Position numbers and translations under genes: made by a program. The notes beneath the pieces were generated by a model. The model was not told where the DNA came from. It saw only the letters and a program-made list of their open reading frames with translations, and ran no database searches. A stretch of DNA of 64,000 nucleotides from Candidatus Shapirobacteria bacterium (lineage in GTDB: Bacteria > Patescibacteriota > Microgenomatia > UBA12405): NCBI GenBank assembly GCA_041663285.1, contig JBAZSP010000001.1, positions 81,838 through 145,837 on the forward strand, read 5' to 3'. Below, one piece after another: positions 1 through 8,849 of this stretch (position 1 is the stretch's first letter; each line of letters opens with the position of its first letter).

Positions 1-243
1 CTCAATTACACTGACTGTGGCCGGTCTTTCAAGTATTGTTGTCTTCCCCCCGAGCCTACAATTATTCCGACGGCTATACCCACTACCATTCCTACAGTAG
101 CTCCCACCACGATACCTACGGTTATCCCAACCATCATCCCAACTGTTATACCTACCATTATTCCTACCCAAGTACCGACCAACACTCCAACACACTGGCC
201 AACACCAACCTGGTATTCCACCCTGCCTCAAACCAGTTACTAG
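1..243 (+). CDS. 3' fragment of a secreted/surface protein with a Cys-containing segment and a Pro/Thr-rich tail; partial, runs off the window start
   Basis: Frame 1 reads ...YTDCGRSFKYCCLPPEPTIIPTAIPTTIPTVAPTTIPTVIPT...LPQTSY and stops at TAG 241-243. The listed ORFs 36-272 (+) and 6-221 (-) are off-frame or antisense readings of the same PT-rich repeat. Confidence 0.5.
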   Translation, partial: LNYTDCGRSFKYCCLPPEPTIIPTAIPTTIPTVAPTTIPTVIPTIIPTVIPTIIPTQVPTNTPTHWPTPTWYSTLPQTSY

Positions 244-1004
244 GCCTTTTTAGCCATTATCGCCATAAATAAAGGTATTTCGTTTCGGGCCTGATTTTCC
301 ATTTTGGCCGCCCCGCCGGTTGATAGTTTATCTGACTTCCACTCCTCAATTTTTTCTATCACCAAACCGTTATCAAAAAGCATTTCACTGTAGGCCGATA
401 GGGGATAATGATAGCTCCAGGTTTTCGTGTCGCTTTTTTTATCAAATGGGCTGGCCTCAATCGGGATTTCCAAGGGTGTCAGATAGTTATCTACCTGTCG
501 ATATTGCCTATTTTTCAACTTATCTACACCCCAGTCACTATGCTTAGGAACTCTAAAGCAGGGATGGTTTAAAACGATTATCACCCGGCCGTCTGTTTTT
601 AGCCAGTTTTTGACGTTACGGATTACTTTAAAAGGGGATTTTACATTCTGTAATGCCAGGATTATTACTACATGGTCAAATTTTTTATTAATGCTCAAAT
701 TACCAACTATATCTCCTGTCACATAGTGATGCTTTGGATTTCTGTCCAGTTTTTTTGCTTCTTCTATCAGGTTGGGAGCCTTGTCAATTCCCCAATATTC
801 GAAGTCTTTTAGTATCGCCATTCTGGCCAATACTCCCTGGCCACAGCCTAAATCCAGCACATTCTGGCCTGGCCTTATAGCCAGCAACCTTTCGACGTTA
901 GGTAAAATCACCCGCTGATGATAATAGCTACCACGATCACCGACGGACGTTGAATACCATTCCCCCACATTTTTCCAGGAAGTATCTTGATTGTTATTAT
1001 TCAT
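240..1004 (-). CDS. class I SAM-dependent methyltransferase
   Basis: Motif I VLDLGCGQGVLA with Rossmann-like downstream motifs, 254 aa. Substrate not inferable. Confidence 0.7.
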   Translation of the reverse strand: MNNNNQDTSWKNVGEWYSTSVGDRGSYYHQRVILPNVERLLAIRPGQNVLDLGCGQGVLARMAILKDFEYWGIDKAPNLIEEAKKLDRNPKHHYVTGDIVGNLSINKKFDHVVIILALQNVKSPFKVIRNVKNWLKTDGRVIIVLNHPCFRVPKHSDWGVDKLKNRQYRQVDNYLTPLEIPIEASPFDKKSDTKTWSYHYPLSAYSEMLFDNGLVIEKIEEWKSDKLSTGGAAKMENQARNEIPLFMAIMAKKA

Positions 1005-1075
1005 TTTCGATTATGTTCATTCCTAAAAATATAATGTGATACAATTCGATTATTATAGACTTTATAAGCGATACA

Positions 1076-2479
1076 ATGATTGTGTCTTCAAAACCCAAGA
1101 CTGCCAAAAAAATAAGTAATCTTATTATTCTATCCTGCTCATTCTTCTTTTGTTACCTTATTTTCACTTTTTACTCTGCAAAATTTAATTTAAAGGCCTC
1201 AGAATATTTTGAATCTGCCTCCGATTTTGTGCAGTGGTGCAATGAGCACAACGATATTTGCCAAAAAACCGACGTTTCCGGCCGCACTGGCTCAGCCACT
1301 TGCCCCCTGTCGTCTCAAACAGTAGACAAGGTCTATGTTCATGCCGGCAGCGGTCAGGATATCTGGCTGCTTCCTGACGAAAAATTCACTTATACAATTT
1401 CTGGCAACACAGCTACTGTCACCGTTGTTACCGGCCATGACTTATCCTGGATTGCGGTTTATTGTGAAAATAGCTGCGATTGTCTTACTTGCCCTCCTTG
1501 TAACCCGACAATAACTCCCGCTCCCACATCAACCCCGACCGCCACCCCCTCTCCCACAATTACCCCAACAAAAATCAATACACCCACTCCTACGTCCATA
1601 TCATCACCTACCCCCACTCCAACTCAATTTAATTCCCCCACCCCGACCGCCACCTGTTCTCCTACTCCGACGCAAACTCCGATCAGTTCTCCGACTCCAA
1701 CCGCCATTTTGTCATTTACCCCGACTCCTTCACCAACATTCACACCCACTCCAACTCCAACCTCAACATTGAATCCTACCGAAACCCCGTCACCTAGTCC
1801 CACCAGTACTCCCGTCCCCGGTCCAACCGAAACTCCTGGGCCCGGTCCCACCGAAACTCCCGTCCCCGGTCCAACCAGCACTCCCGGTCCGGCCAACACT
1901 CCAACCCCTTTTGGCGTCGGTGGTGGTGAAGAATATAACCCACTGGTTGCCGGAGTTACCCGATCGACTACTACCGAAACAGCCGATAACTACAATCCCT
2001 TAATTGAAGGTATTCAGGATTCTTATATCGGTGAAGTTTTGGGTATGGCTTTTCCGGCCACTGCCGAAACCCAAAAAAGCTTAGCCAAACTTCCGTCAAA
2101 CAATTTATTACTTCCCGACCACTTCATAGTAATACCCAAAATAGGGTTAAATCGTCCGGTTTATCAAGGTGAAATCGTTGGCGGTCAATACCTGGCCGGC
2201 CACCAGGAAGTTATTACCTCGGTGATTAACGGCTCGCCGGTTTACTATGCCCACAGTTGGAACGCTGCCCTATTTGAAGGTATTTCCAGAATGGCAATAG
2301 GCGACTTTGTCTATGTTGACATTGCCGGTGCCGGTAAGGCTTATCAAGTTTCCGCTAAGTCGGTAGTTGCCGACACCGACTTAACCGCTATCCGTCCCTC
2401 AACTTCTGATACCATTTACCTTCTAACCTGTGTCGATGCCACTCACCGTTTATTATTCGAGGCAAAAAAATTACCTTAA
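1076..2479 (+). CDS. sortase-family transpeptidase domain protein with N-terminal TM anchor, Cys-rich domain and ~140-aa Pro/Thr-rich stalk
   Basis: N-terminal hydrophobic helix, a CxC/CxxC-rich segment, a PT-linker (TPTPTxT repeats), then a C-terminal region resembling the sortase fold: IPKIGLNRPVYQG, AGHQ, YYAHSW (His region), GDFVYVD, YLLTCVDATHRLLF (TLxTC Cys followed by Arg). Confidence 0.55.
   Translation: MIVSSKPKTAKKISNLIILSCSFFFCYLIFTFYSAKFNLKASEYFESASDFVQWCNEHNDICQKTDVSGRTGSATCPLSSQTVDKVYVHAGSGQDIWLLPDEKFTYTISGNTATVTVVTGHDLSWIAVYCENSCDCLTCPPCNPTITPAPTSTPTATPSPTITPTKINTPTPTSISSPTPTPTQFNSPTPTATCSPTPTQTPISSPTPTAILSFTPTPSPTFTPTPTPTSTLNPTETPSPSPTSTPVPGPTETPGPGPTETPVPGPTSTPGPANTPTPFGVGGGEEYNPLVAGVTRSTTTETADNYNPLIEGIQDSYIGEVLGMAFPATAETQKSLAKLPSNNLLLPDHFIVIPKIGLNRPVYQGEIVGGQYLAGHQEVITSVINGSPVYYAHSWNAALFEGISRMAIGDFVYVDIAGAGKAYQVSAKSVVADTDLTAIRPSTSDTIYLLTCVDATHRLLFEAKKLP
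1500..1915. repeat. low-complexity Pro/Thr codon repeat (PT linker) inside CDS 1076-2479
   Basis: Iterated cc(a/c/g)ac(t/c/g) units encode TPTPTxTPxP; the antisense strand gives the spurious GV-rich ORF 1624-1899. Confidence 0.8.
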
Positions 2480-2481
2480 CT

Positions 2482-3069
2482 ATGAAAAAGCAAAAAGCCG
2501 CCCCAAAGCTTGAAGTCCAGCCACGGCCAATATTCCCCAAAAAGATTATTGTGGCTATCATGATCATCGCGCTTTTCGCCCTTGCCTACAAATTTATTTC
2601 CATTATCCGCCAGCCCGCCTCTACCCAAAATTTACCTTCTCCCACTCCCGTCTTACTTTCAACCCCTTTGCCTCCCGGCTGGTCTATGGCTACACCTTCA
2701 GCCGGCAATACCCTAAAATTGGTCAAAGAAACCCAAGATAAAGTCAAACCTTCGATTGTCCTGATCACATCGGCCTACACTTCTGATCTTTCCGAAAGTA
2801 AATATGCCGACACTATTATCAAGGGTGCCCGTTCTGCCCTGCCCAGCCTCACCTTTACCATCAATCGATCCGAAAATGTTGGCTCTTTTTATGTCCGTCA
2901 CCTCCAGGGCACTTATATCAATGCTCGTAATCAGGTCCGGGTCAAACAGCGCTTATATATCCAAAACAAAACAGTCTCTACTCTAACAGCTTCATACCTA
3001 CCCCAAAACCTCGATGCCGAAATCGACACCATTTTTGATGCTATCTTTACTGACAAAATTAATCTGTAA
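2482..3069 (+). CDS. hypothetical membrane-anchored protein
   Basis: 195-aa ORF with a single N-terminal TM helix, lying directly downstream of the sortase-like gene. No recognisable motifs. Confidence 0.4.
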   Translation: MKKQKAAPKLEVQPRPIFPKKIIVAIMIIALFALAYKFISIIRQPASTQNLPSPTPVLLSTPLPPGWSMATPSAGNTLKLVKETQDKVKPSIVLITSAYTSDLSESKYADTIIKGARSALPSLTFTINRSENVGSFYVRHLQGTYINARNQVRVKQRLYIQNKTVSTLTASYLPQNLDAEIDTIFDAIFTDKINL

Positions 3070-3081
3070 AATAACCAATTT

Positions 3082-3660
3082 TCAGATTTCAAGTTTTTCC
3101 CAATCGACTAGCTTCCACCAGTTTTTTACAAACTCCGCCCGGTTGTTTTGGTATTCCAAATAGTAGGCATGTTCCCACACGTCCAGCACCAGTTTAGCTT
3201 TCCAGCCTAAGATCCCCAGCATGTTATGTTTTTCAATTTGCCCAACAATTAGCTCGCCAAAGTCATTTCCCCACAATACCGCCCATCCTGAACCTTCGAC
3301 TGTTATGGCGGCACCGCTAAACTCTTCCGCTAATTGCTCCCACGACCCGAAGTTTGCGTTAATGGCGTCTAACACCTTTCCTGAAGGCTTGTTATCTTCC
3401 TTTGCCGGGCCCATTTTTTCCCAAAAAAGCTCGTGAAACCTTACTCCGTTATAATTAAAATTGAAGTTTTTCCACCAATCTTTTGAGTTAATCTCTATCT
3501 CTTTCTTTCTAAATTTATCAAGCTTCTCCAGTGCCGTATTAGCGCCATTCACATAAGCTGCCTGGTGTTTGTCGTGGTGCAGTTCGACTGTTCTTTTAGA
3601 AATTACCGGCTCCAGAGCATCGTAGGAGTAGGGGAGTGAAGTTAAAGTTAATTGTTTCAT
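3082..3660 (-). CDS. sod: Fe/Mn superoxide dismutase
   Basis: Shows the hallmark N- and C-terminal SOD segments HHDKHQAAYVNGANTALEKL and DVWEHAYYLEYQNNRAEFVKNWW, 192 aa. Fe versus Mn specificity cannot be told from sequence alone. Confidence 0.9.
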   Translation of the reverse strand: MKQLTLTSLPYSYDALEPVISKRTVELHHDKHQAAYVNGANTALEKLDKFRKKEIEINSKDWWKNFNFNYNGVRFHELFWEKMGPAKEDNKPSGKVLDAINANFGSWEQLAEEFSGAAITVEGSGWAVLWGNDFGELIVGQIEKHNMLGILGWKAKLVLDVWEHAYYLEYQNNRAEFVKNWWKLVDWEKLEI

Positions 3661-3705
3661 TCGTAGTAAAATAAACTATTAATCATACAAGCATATCAGC
3701 AGATT

Positions 3706-4431
3706 ATGAAATTATTGTTAAAGATTTTTCTCATATTTTTACTCTTATTAATAATCATTCCGGTGGCAGCACTGGCCTATCTTGGATTTATCCCCTCTCT
3801 TAGCCCGCTATTTGGGGCCGACAAACCAAAGAGCCTTAACGTCTCCTACACCCCGGCCGACTTGGATTCTGCCAAGCAAAAAAATGGTGTTATCATGACC
3901 GAGCTGTCGACTACCTCCGAATCTACCTACGAAACCATTCGCTACAGTGGCACCAAAAACGTTTCCGCCTCTCTATCTTCGGCCGAGATTACTGCTCTGG
4001 CCAATTCCCCTACCTGGAAATATTTTCCGGTCAGCTCAATTCAGATAAAATTAAATCCAGACGGCAGTGCCGAAGCTTCGGGGATTCTCCTTTTGGACCG
4101 TTTGCCTGGTTATTTGTCCGTTCTTGGTATTAGCGCCAAAGATATTCAATCTGCCGCCAATTATCTAAAGATTAAAGGCAACACCCCTTTCTATTTCAAA
4201 GGGGTGGCCTCAGTCACCGATAATAAAGTTTCCCTAAACACTCACCATCTGGAAATCGGTCGATTTTCCGTTCCTACCCAAATTATCAAAGACAATCAAA
4301 AGTACCTGGTATCTCTGGCCGAAATCAGAATCAAAAGCGTCCCCGGGTTGTCGGTTAAATCATTTTCTACCCAAAACGGGCAACTATCTTTTGATGGCAC
4401 CATGCCCTCGGCAATTTCCTGGGAAAAATAA
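3706..4431 (+). CDS. hypothetical secreted/membrane-anchored protein
   Basis: Strongly hydrophobic N-terminus LLLKIFLIFLLLLIIIPVAALA, 241 aa, no known motif. Confidence 0.4.
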   Translation: MKLLLKIFLIFLLLLIIIPVAALAYLGFIPSLSPLFGADKPKSLNVSYTPADLDSAKQKNGVIMTELSTTSESTYETIRYSGTKNVSASLSSAEITALANSPTWKYFPVSSIQIKLNPDGSAEASGILLLDRLPGYLSVLGISAKDIQSAANYLKIKGNTPFYFKGVASVTDNKVSLNTHHLEIGRFSVPTQIIKDNQKYLVSLAEIRIKSVPGLSVKSFSTQNGQLSFDGTMPSAISWEK

Positions 4432-4447
4432 TTTTTCAATACTCACC

Positions 4448-5092
4448 ATGCGACTCAAATGGCAGCAGCTCTTTCCGATACTAATAATTCTGGCTACTTT
4501 TATTCTGGCCTTTTCGCTTTATTCGGAGCTTCCGGCCTTTATGGCCTCTCATTGGGGCATTAACGGTCAAGCCGATGGCTTCATGCCCAAAAACAAAGCC
4601 TTGGCCATTATGCCGGCCATATCAATTATTCTGTATCTTTTATTTTTAATTTTACCCAAAACCGATCCATATCGCCCCAGCTTTAAGCAGTTCGAAAATC
4701 ATTTTAACAATTTCCTGGTAGTTGTTTTTGGTTTTTTATTTTATCTTTTTTGTCTGATGTTATATTGGAATCTGGGCAATCAGTTTAACATGGGCCAGGC
4801 GTTAGCTCCGGCTTTCTCAATTATGTTTTACTTTACCGGCGTTTTAACTTCGGTCGCCCGGCGAAACTGGTTTGTCGGCATCCGTACTCCCTGGACCATG
4901 TCCTCCGATGAAGTCTGGGACAAAACCCACCAGCTCGGTGGCCGGCTTTACAAAATTGCTGCCGCCGTCAGCCTACTTGGAGTAGTCTTTCCGGATATTA
5001 GCTTTTACCTGGTTATCGGCCCGATTCTATTAGTTACCGTATTTATTTTTATTTATTCTTATGTCCAACATACAAAGCTTACTCGATCTTAA
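4448..5092 (+). CDS. polytopic membrane protein, SdpI/YhfL-like (DUF1648-type N-terminus)
   Basis: The longest ORF starts at 4391 but overlaps the upstream gene, so the internal Met at 4448 (MRLKWQQLFPILIIL...) is the probable start. Several TM helices and a HWGINGQADGFMPKNKA segment are typical of the DUF1648/SdpI family. Confidence 0.4.
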   Translation: MRLKWQQLFPILIILATFILAFSLYSELPAFMASHWGINGQADGFMPKNKALAIMPAISIILYLLFLILPKTDPYRPSFKQFENHFNNFLVVVFGFLFYLFCLMLYWNLGNQFNMGQALAPAFSIMFYFTGVLTSVARRNWFVGIRTPWTMSSDEVWDKTHQLGGRLYKIAAAVSLLGVVFPDISFYLVIGPILLVTVFIFIYSYVQHTKLTRS

Positions 5093-5456
5093 GTCTTTGC
5101 TGGAGTCATCCATTCTCGCTTTGGCTACCTCCTCCCCCGATGGTCACCCCAATTGCGTTGCCATTGGGTGCATTAAAGTCGTCTCACCATCTCAACTCTT
5201 AATAACGGATAATTTTTTTAACAAAACAGCCTCTAACTTGGCTTCCAATCCTTTCGTATCATTGGCTTTTTGGTCATCCGATGGCGAAACCGGCTACCAG
5301 ATTAAGGGTAAAGCCAGTTATTTCACCAGCGGTCCGTGGAAACAGGCAGTTGACGAAGATCCAAACAACAAGAATCTAGCCCACAAAGCGGCAGTTTTAG
5401 TAACAGTAACCGAAATCTGGGATCTAGCCACTCCGGCATTAATATTTAAAAAATAA
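5061..5456 (+). CDS. pyridoxamine 5'-phosphate oxidase-like FMN-binding split-barrel protein
   Basis: 131 aa. The pattern of a PNPOx-like small stress protein (hydrophobic beta-strands alternating with Gly) is recognised by eye only. Confidence 0.35.
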   Translation: MSNIQSLLDLKSLLESSILALATSSPDGHPNCVAIGCIKVVSPSQLLITDNFFNKTASNLASNPFVSLAFWSSDGETGYQIKGKASYFTSGPWKQAVDEDPNNKNLAHKAAVLVTVTEIWDLATPALIFKK

Positions 5457-5458
5457 AA

Positions 5459-6379
5459 ATGAAAATATACCTTCTTTCCCCTGTAGCTTCACAAATCTTT
5501 AACCCAGACTTTATTCGCACTCTAAAACCTCTTGGCACTGTTGTCATCGACGATAAAATCAAGTCACTATCTAAAGTTACTGGCATGACTGATTCCGAAG
5601 ACAAAATAATCGCCCTTGATCCTGGCTTTTGCGACTGGCAGCTGAAAGAATCAGACATATCTTCTATCCCCAATATTAAGGCTATTTGCTTACAGTCAAC
5701 CTCGTTTAGTTGGCTGGATAACGAGTACTGCCGCCAACTTAATATCCCCGTCGTTAACATTAAAAATTATTCCACCAACTCTGTTGCTGAATGGGCTGTC
5801 ATGCTGGCTATGTTAGTTGCCAGAAAAATTCCTTTGGTCATCAAAAACAATTGGAACTACGATTTTACTAATTTTCAGGGAATCGAGCTAACTGGCAAGA
5901 CTGCCGGAATAATTGGCTTAGGTCATATTGGGCGTAGTATCGCCAATATTTGCCAAGGACTCGGGATGAAAGTTATCTATTGGTCCAAGAATTCCCGTGA
6001 TAGCCAATTAAGCTTTGCCGACTTGCCAACACTCCTAAAAACTAGTGATTTGATTTTCCCCTGCCTTGCCCAAAACCAGGAAACGCAAGGCTTAATAACT
6101 GACAATCTGCTATTACAAATGAAGCCTAGTGCTATCTTTGTCAGCATTGTTCACACAGTCTATAACCACCAACTGCTTTTAGATCTAGTCAAGCAAAACA
6201 AAATTTACGGCTATGCATTTGAAGAGTCGAAGCCTGCCTTTAGCTCTTACGAGGGCAATGTTTGGGCTGGGCCGGAATTAGCCTGGTGTACCGCAGAATC
6301 TTTGCAGCGTAATCACGCTTTATGGATTGAAAATATCGTTAATGCCGCAAAGGGTAATTTTCCTAACCGGATAAACTAA
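5459..6379 (+). CDS. D-isomer-specific 2-hydroxyacid dehydrogenase family, NAD-binding
   Basis: NAD-binding fingerprint GKTAGIIGLGHIGRSIA (GxxGxGxIGxxxA) within the typical 300-aa architecture. Confidence 0.7.
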   Translation: MKIYLLSPVASQIFNPDFIRTLKPLGTVVIDDKIKSLSKVTGMTDSEDKIIALDPGFCDWQLKESDISSIPNIKAICLQSTSFSWLDNEYCRQLNIPVVNIKNYSTNSVAEWAVMLAMLVARKIPLVIKNNWNYDFTNFQGIELTGKTAGIIGLGHIGRSIANICQGLGMKVIYWSKNSRDSQLSFADLPTLLKTSDLIFPCLAQNQETQGLITDNLLLQMKPSAIFVSIVHTVYNHQLLLDLVKQNKIYGYAFEESKPAFSSYEGNVWAGPELAWCTAESLQRNHALWIENIVNAAKGNFPNRIN

Positions 6380-6434
6380 AGAGTAAAATCGTCCAATTAT
6401 TTCTAATTTTTTTTGTTAAGACGTATAATCAGCC

Positions 6435-7202
6435 ATGGTTATCATTAAAACCCCCAAGCAGATAGACGGCATCCGCAAGTCATCTCGGCTGGCCGCCCAG
6501 ACTTTGGACTATCTAAAAAACTACGTTAAGCCCGGGGTGACCACGGAGTACCTTAACCAATTAGCCCATAAATATATCACCAACCATCAGGCAACTCCCG
6601 CCCCTCTGGGTTACGGCGGTTTTCCCAAAAGCATCTGCACTTCAGTCAACGACGTTGTCTGTCATGGCATCCCGTCAGATCAATTAATCCTAAAAGAAGG
6701 CGATATTGTCAATCTCGACATTACCACTATTCTAAACGGCTTTTACGGCGATGTTTCGGCCACCTATCCTGTCGGCCAAATATCGGCCGAAGCCAAAAAA
6801 CTTATTGAAGTAACTCAAGAAGCCTTAGCCATTTCTATAAAAAGCCTAAAGCCCGGCGCTACTCTAAACACCTCTGTCGGCCAGATAATCGAGCCCTACG
6901 CTAACCGTTTCGGATTTAGTGTCGTTCGCGAGCTTGGTGGCCATGGAGTCGGCCTAAAATTTCACGAAGACCCCTTCGTTTTTCACTTCTCCACCACCAA
7001 AAACGATCTAATTTTAAAATCCGGCATGATCTTTACCATTGAGCCGATGATCAACGCTTCGGCTGATTGCCGCATAACTATCGACAAGTCCGATGGCTGG
7101 ACAGTCCGAACTTTCGATGGTTCTCTGTCAGCCCAGTTTGAACATACTATCCTAATTACCTCTTCAGGCCACGAAATTTTAACCATTAATTCCCAGTCAT
7201 GA
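6435..7202 (+). CDS. map: methionine aminopeptidase type I
   Basis: Conserved metal-ligand context CHGIP, DIVNLD, GHGVG, FTIEP, 255 aa. Confidence 0.9.
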   Translation: MVIIKTPKQIDGIRKSSRLAAQTLDYLKNYVKPGVTTEYLNQLAHKYITNHQATPAPLGYGGFPKSICTSVNDVVCHGIPSDQLILKEGDIVNLDITTILNGFYGDVSATYPVGQISAEAKKLIEVTQEALAISIKSLKPGATLNTSVGQIIEPYANRFGFSVVRELGGHGVGLKFHEDPFVFHFSTTKNDLILKSGMIFTIEPMINASADCRITIDKSDGWTVRTFDGSLSAQFEHTILITSSGHEILTINSQS

Positions 7203-8032
7203 TTCTACTTGACGGCAAAGCCACCTCCTTAAAAATTCTTCAGGATCAAAAAGCCAAAATTGCTAATCTGCCAAAACCGCCCCGTTTGGATATTATCTTA
7301 GTCGGTGACGATCCGTCTTCTCTCCAATACGTCTCGATGAAACAAAAGAAAGCTGATTTAGTCGGTATTTTGTGCCAGATCCACCGTCTGCCGGCCGATT
7401 CCACCACCGCCAAAGTTTCCGCTCTAATATCGTCCCTGAACCTCGATTCAGCCGTAACCGGTATTTTGGTCCAGCTACCGCTGCCCAAAAACTTCAATAC
7501 CCAGGAAATTCTTAACACCATCGATCCTAGCAAAGACGTCGACGGCTTAACCGCCACTAATCTTGGCTTGATGTTCCAAAAAAATCCTGCCGCCATTGCT
7601 TCGGCTACTCCCCAAGCTGTTTTGGCCTTGTTAGATAATTATCAAATTTCTCTCGAATCAAAAGATGTCGTAATTATTGGCCGCAGCCCCCATATCGGCC
7701 TTCCTCTTGTTGCCCTAATGCTTCAGCGTAACGCCACCGTGACAGTTTGTCATTCCTATACTCCCCATCTTTCCGCGGCTACCGGTATGGCCGATGTTGT
7801 CATTACCGCCGTCGGTAAACAAAATTTTATTACCGGAAGTATGGTTAAAGAGGGGAGTATTATAATCGATATCGGCCTAAGCCAGGATCCTCAAACCGGT
7901 AAACTTGTTGGCGATGTTGATTTTGACTCCGTTGCTCCCAAATGTTCCTATATCACCCCTGTTCCCGGCGGCATCGGCCCCATGACTATCGCCTGCCTTT
8001 TGAATAATGTGTATAATATCTCACATAAATAA
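7199..8032 (+). CDS. folD: bifunctional 5,10-methylene-tetrahydrofolate dehydrogenase/cyclohydrolase
   Basis: N-terminus LDGKATS...YVSMKQKKA, Rossmann motif VVIIGRSPHIGLPLVALML, C-terminus TPVPGGIGPMTIA. Confidence 0.9.
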   Translation: MILLDGKATSLKILQDQKAKIANLPKPPRLDIILVGDDPSSLQYVSMKQKKADLVGILCQIHRLPADSTTAKVSALISSLNLDSAVTGILVQLPLPKNFNTQEILNTIDPSKDVDGLTATNLGLMFQKNPAAIASATPQAVLALLDNYQISLESKDVVIIGRSPHIGLPLVALMLQRNATVTVCHSYTPHLSAATGMADVVITAVGKQNFITGSMVKEGSIIIDIGLSQDPQTGKLVGDVDFDSVAPKCSYITPVPGGIGPMTIACLLNNVYNISHK

Positions 8033-8259
8033 TGCCTACTCATTTAGAATTGGCTTTACAGAAAATCCACGAAGCCGCGACTTCTTCTCTCCGGCCTGAA
8101 GTCGCCTTAGGGGCTGTCATGAAGATGCGAGCCTCTATTTTACCAAAAGGTAGCTCGCCAGAGCAAGCTCAAACAATATTAGCTGCACTCAACCTAGCCC
8201 AGCAAAGACTAAGAGAAGCTATCGTTGGCGAGGCAGGCCAGACACCGCCACAACGATAA
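8032..8259 (+). CDS. small hypothetical protein (75 aa)
   Basis: Its start overlaps the folD stop (ATGA). No motif; may not be a real gene. Confidence 0.25.
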   Translation: MPTHLELALQKIHEAATSSLRPEVALGAVMKMRASILPKGSSPEQAQTILAALNLAQQRLREAIVGEAGQTPPQR

Positions 8260-8606
8260 AAACACCAATCAGAATACTCTAACACATCTTCGTTTTGCAG
8301 TCTGGTAAACAAATTTACAATCCCTTATATTTGCCCCTAGTGTCAATCTGTAAACAAGAAAACTGTACTGCTTGCCAGGCTTGGTTCAAATGGTGCCAAC
8401 GACTTCGGTCTAACAATCTTAATGCTAACGGGAATCCTGTGCCTGGAAGTATACCTGCCTCGGAGGTCCATAATAACAAATATCGGGTTTATCTTGGATC
8501 ACTTTATGTAGAGCAAAGGCCGCCTGTTCCGGCAGAACCTTGTCAAACTATGGTACCCGTCTTTGAAGATCTTCGTCGACGGGGAATAATCTGATAGAAT
8601 TAAATT

Positions 8607-8849
8607 GTGCGTATAAAACTTTTTGATCGGGGCTCGCCTCAAGGCAAGCAGCTTTTTGCCAATATCGAAACTTTATGTAAGCGCCTTCAAATCGACTACG
8701 ACCCTGAGTATATTAAAGACATGAGCAGAGTATATTCTATGGGTATTCAGGGCAAAACAGTCCTTATGGTCGACAACGAAGTTGCTTTTGTCGACCGCTA
8801 TCCTTCTATCCGCGAGCTAGAAACAATTCTACAGGACTATATTAAATAA
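8607..8849 (+). CDS. small thioredoxin-fold-like protein lacking the CxxC motif
   Basis: 80 aa with a beta-alpha-beta pattern like the MTH895/Thioredoxin_3 group, but no cysteines at the active-site position. Low confidence. Confidence 0.3.
   Translation: MRIKLFDRGSPQGKQLFANIETLCKRLQIDYDPEYIKDMSRVYSMGIQGKTVLMVDNEVAFVDRYPSIRELETILQDYIK

Noticed and set aside
6-221. Gly/Val-rich minus-strand ORF (MEYQVGVGQCVGVLVG...)
   Set aside because: It is the antisense reading of the Pro/Thr codon repeat at the end of the plus-strand CDS 1-243; the periodic GV composition is a complement artefact. The same applies to 1624-1899, 19978-20283, 20045-20242 and 21367-21828.
36-272. 78-aa plus-strand ORF rich in His, Tyr and Ser
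   Set aside because: It is an off-frame reading of the PT-repeat. Frame 1 gives the biologically sensible PT-tail ending at TAG 241-243 and continues a CDS entering from upstream.
1500-1915. Possible CRISPR or other non-coding tandem repeat array
   Set aside because: The repeats are in-frame Pro/Thr codons inside long ORFs, and the units are irregular 6-18-nt cc(n)ac(n) iterations. No repeat-spacer organisation exists anywhere in the window.
5446-5760. 104-aa minus-strand ORF
   Set aside because: It lies entirely antisense to the well-supported 2-hydroxyacid dehydrogenase gene; no motif and unusual composition.
7246-7596. 116-aa minus-strand ORF inside folD
   Set aside because: Antisense to a high-confidence folD CDS; no motif.
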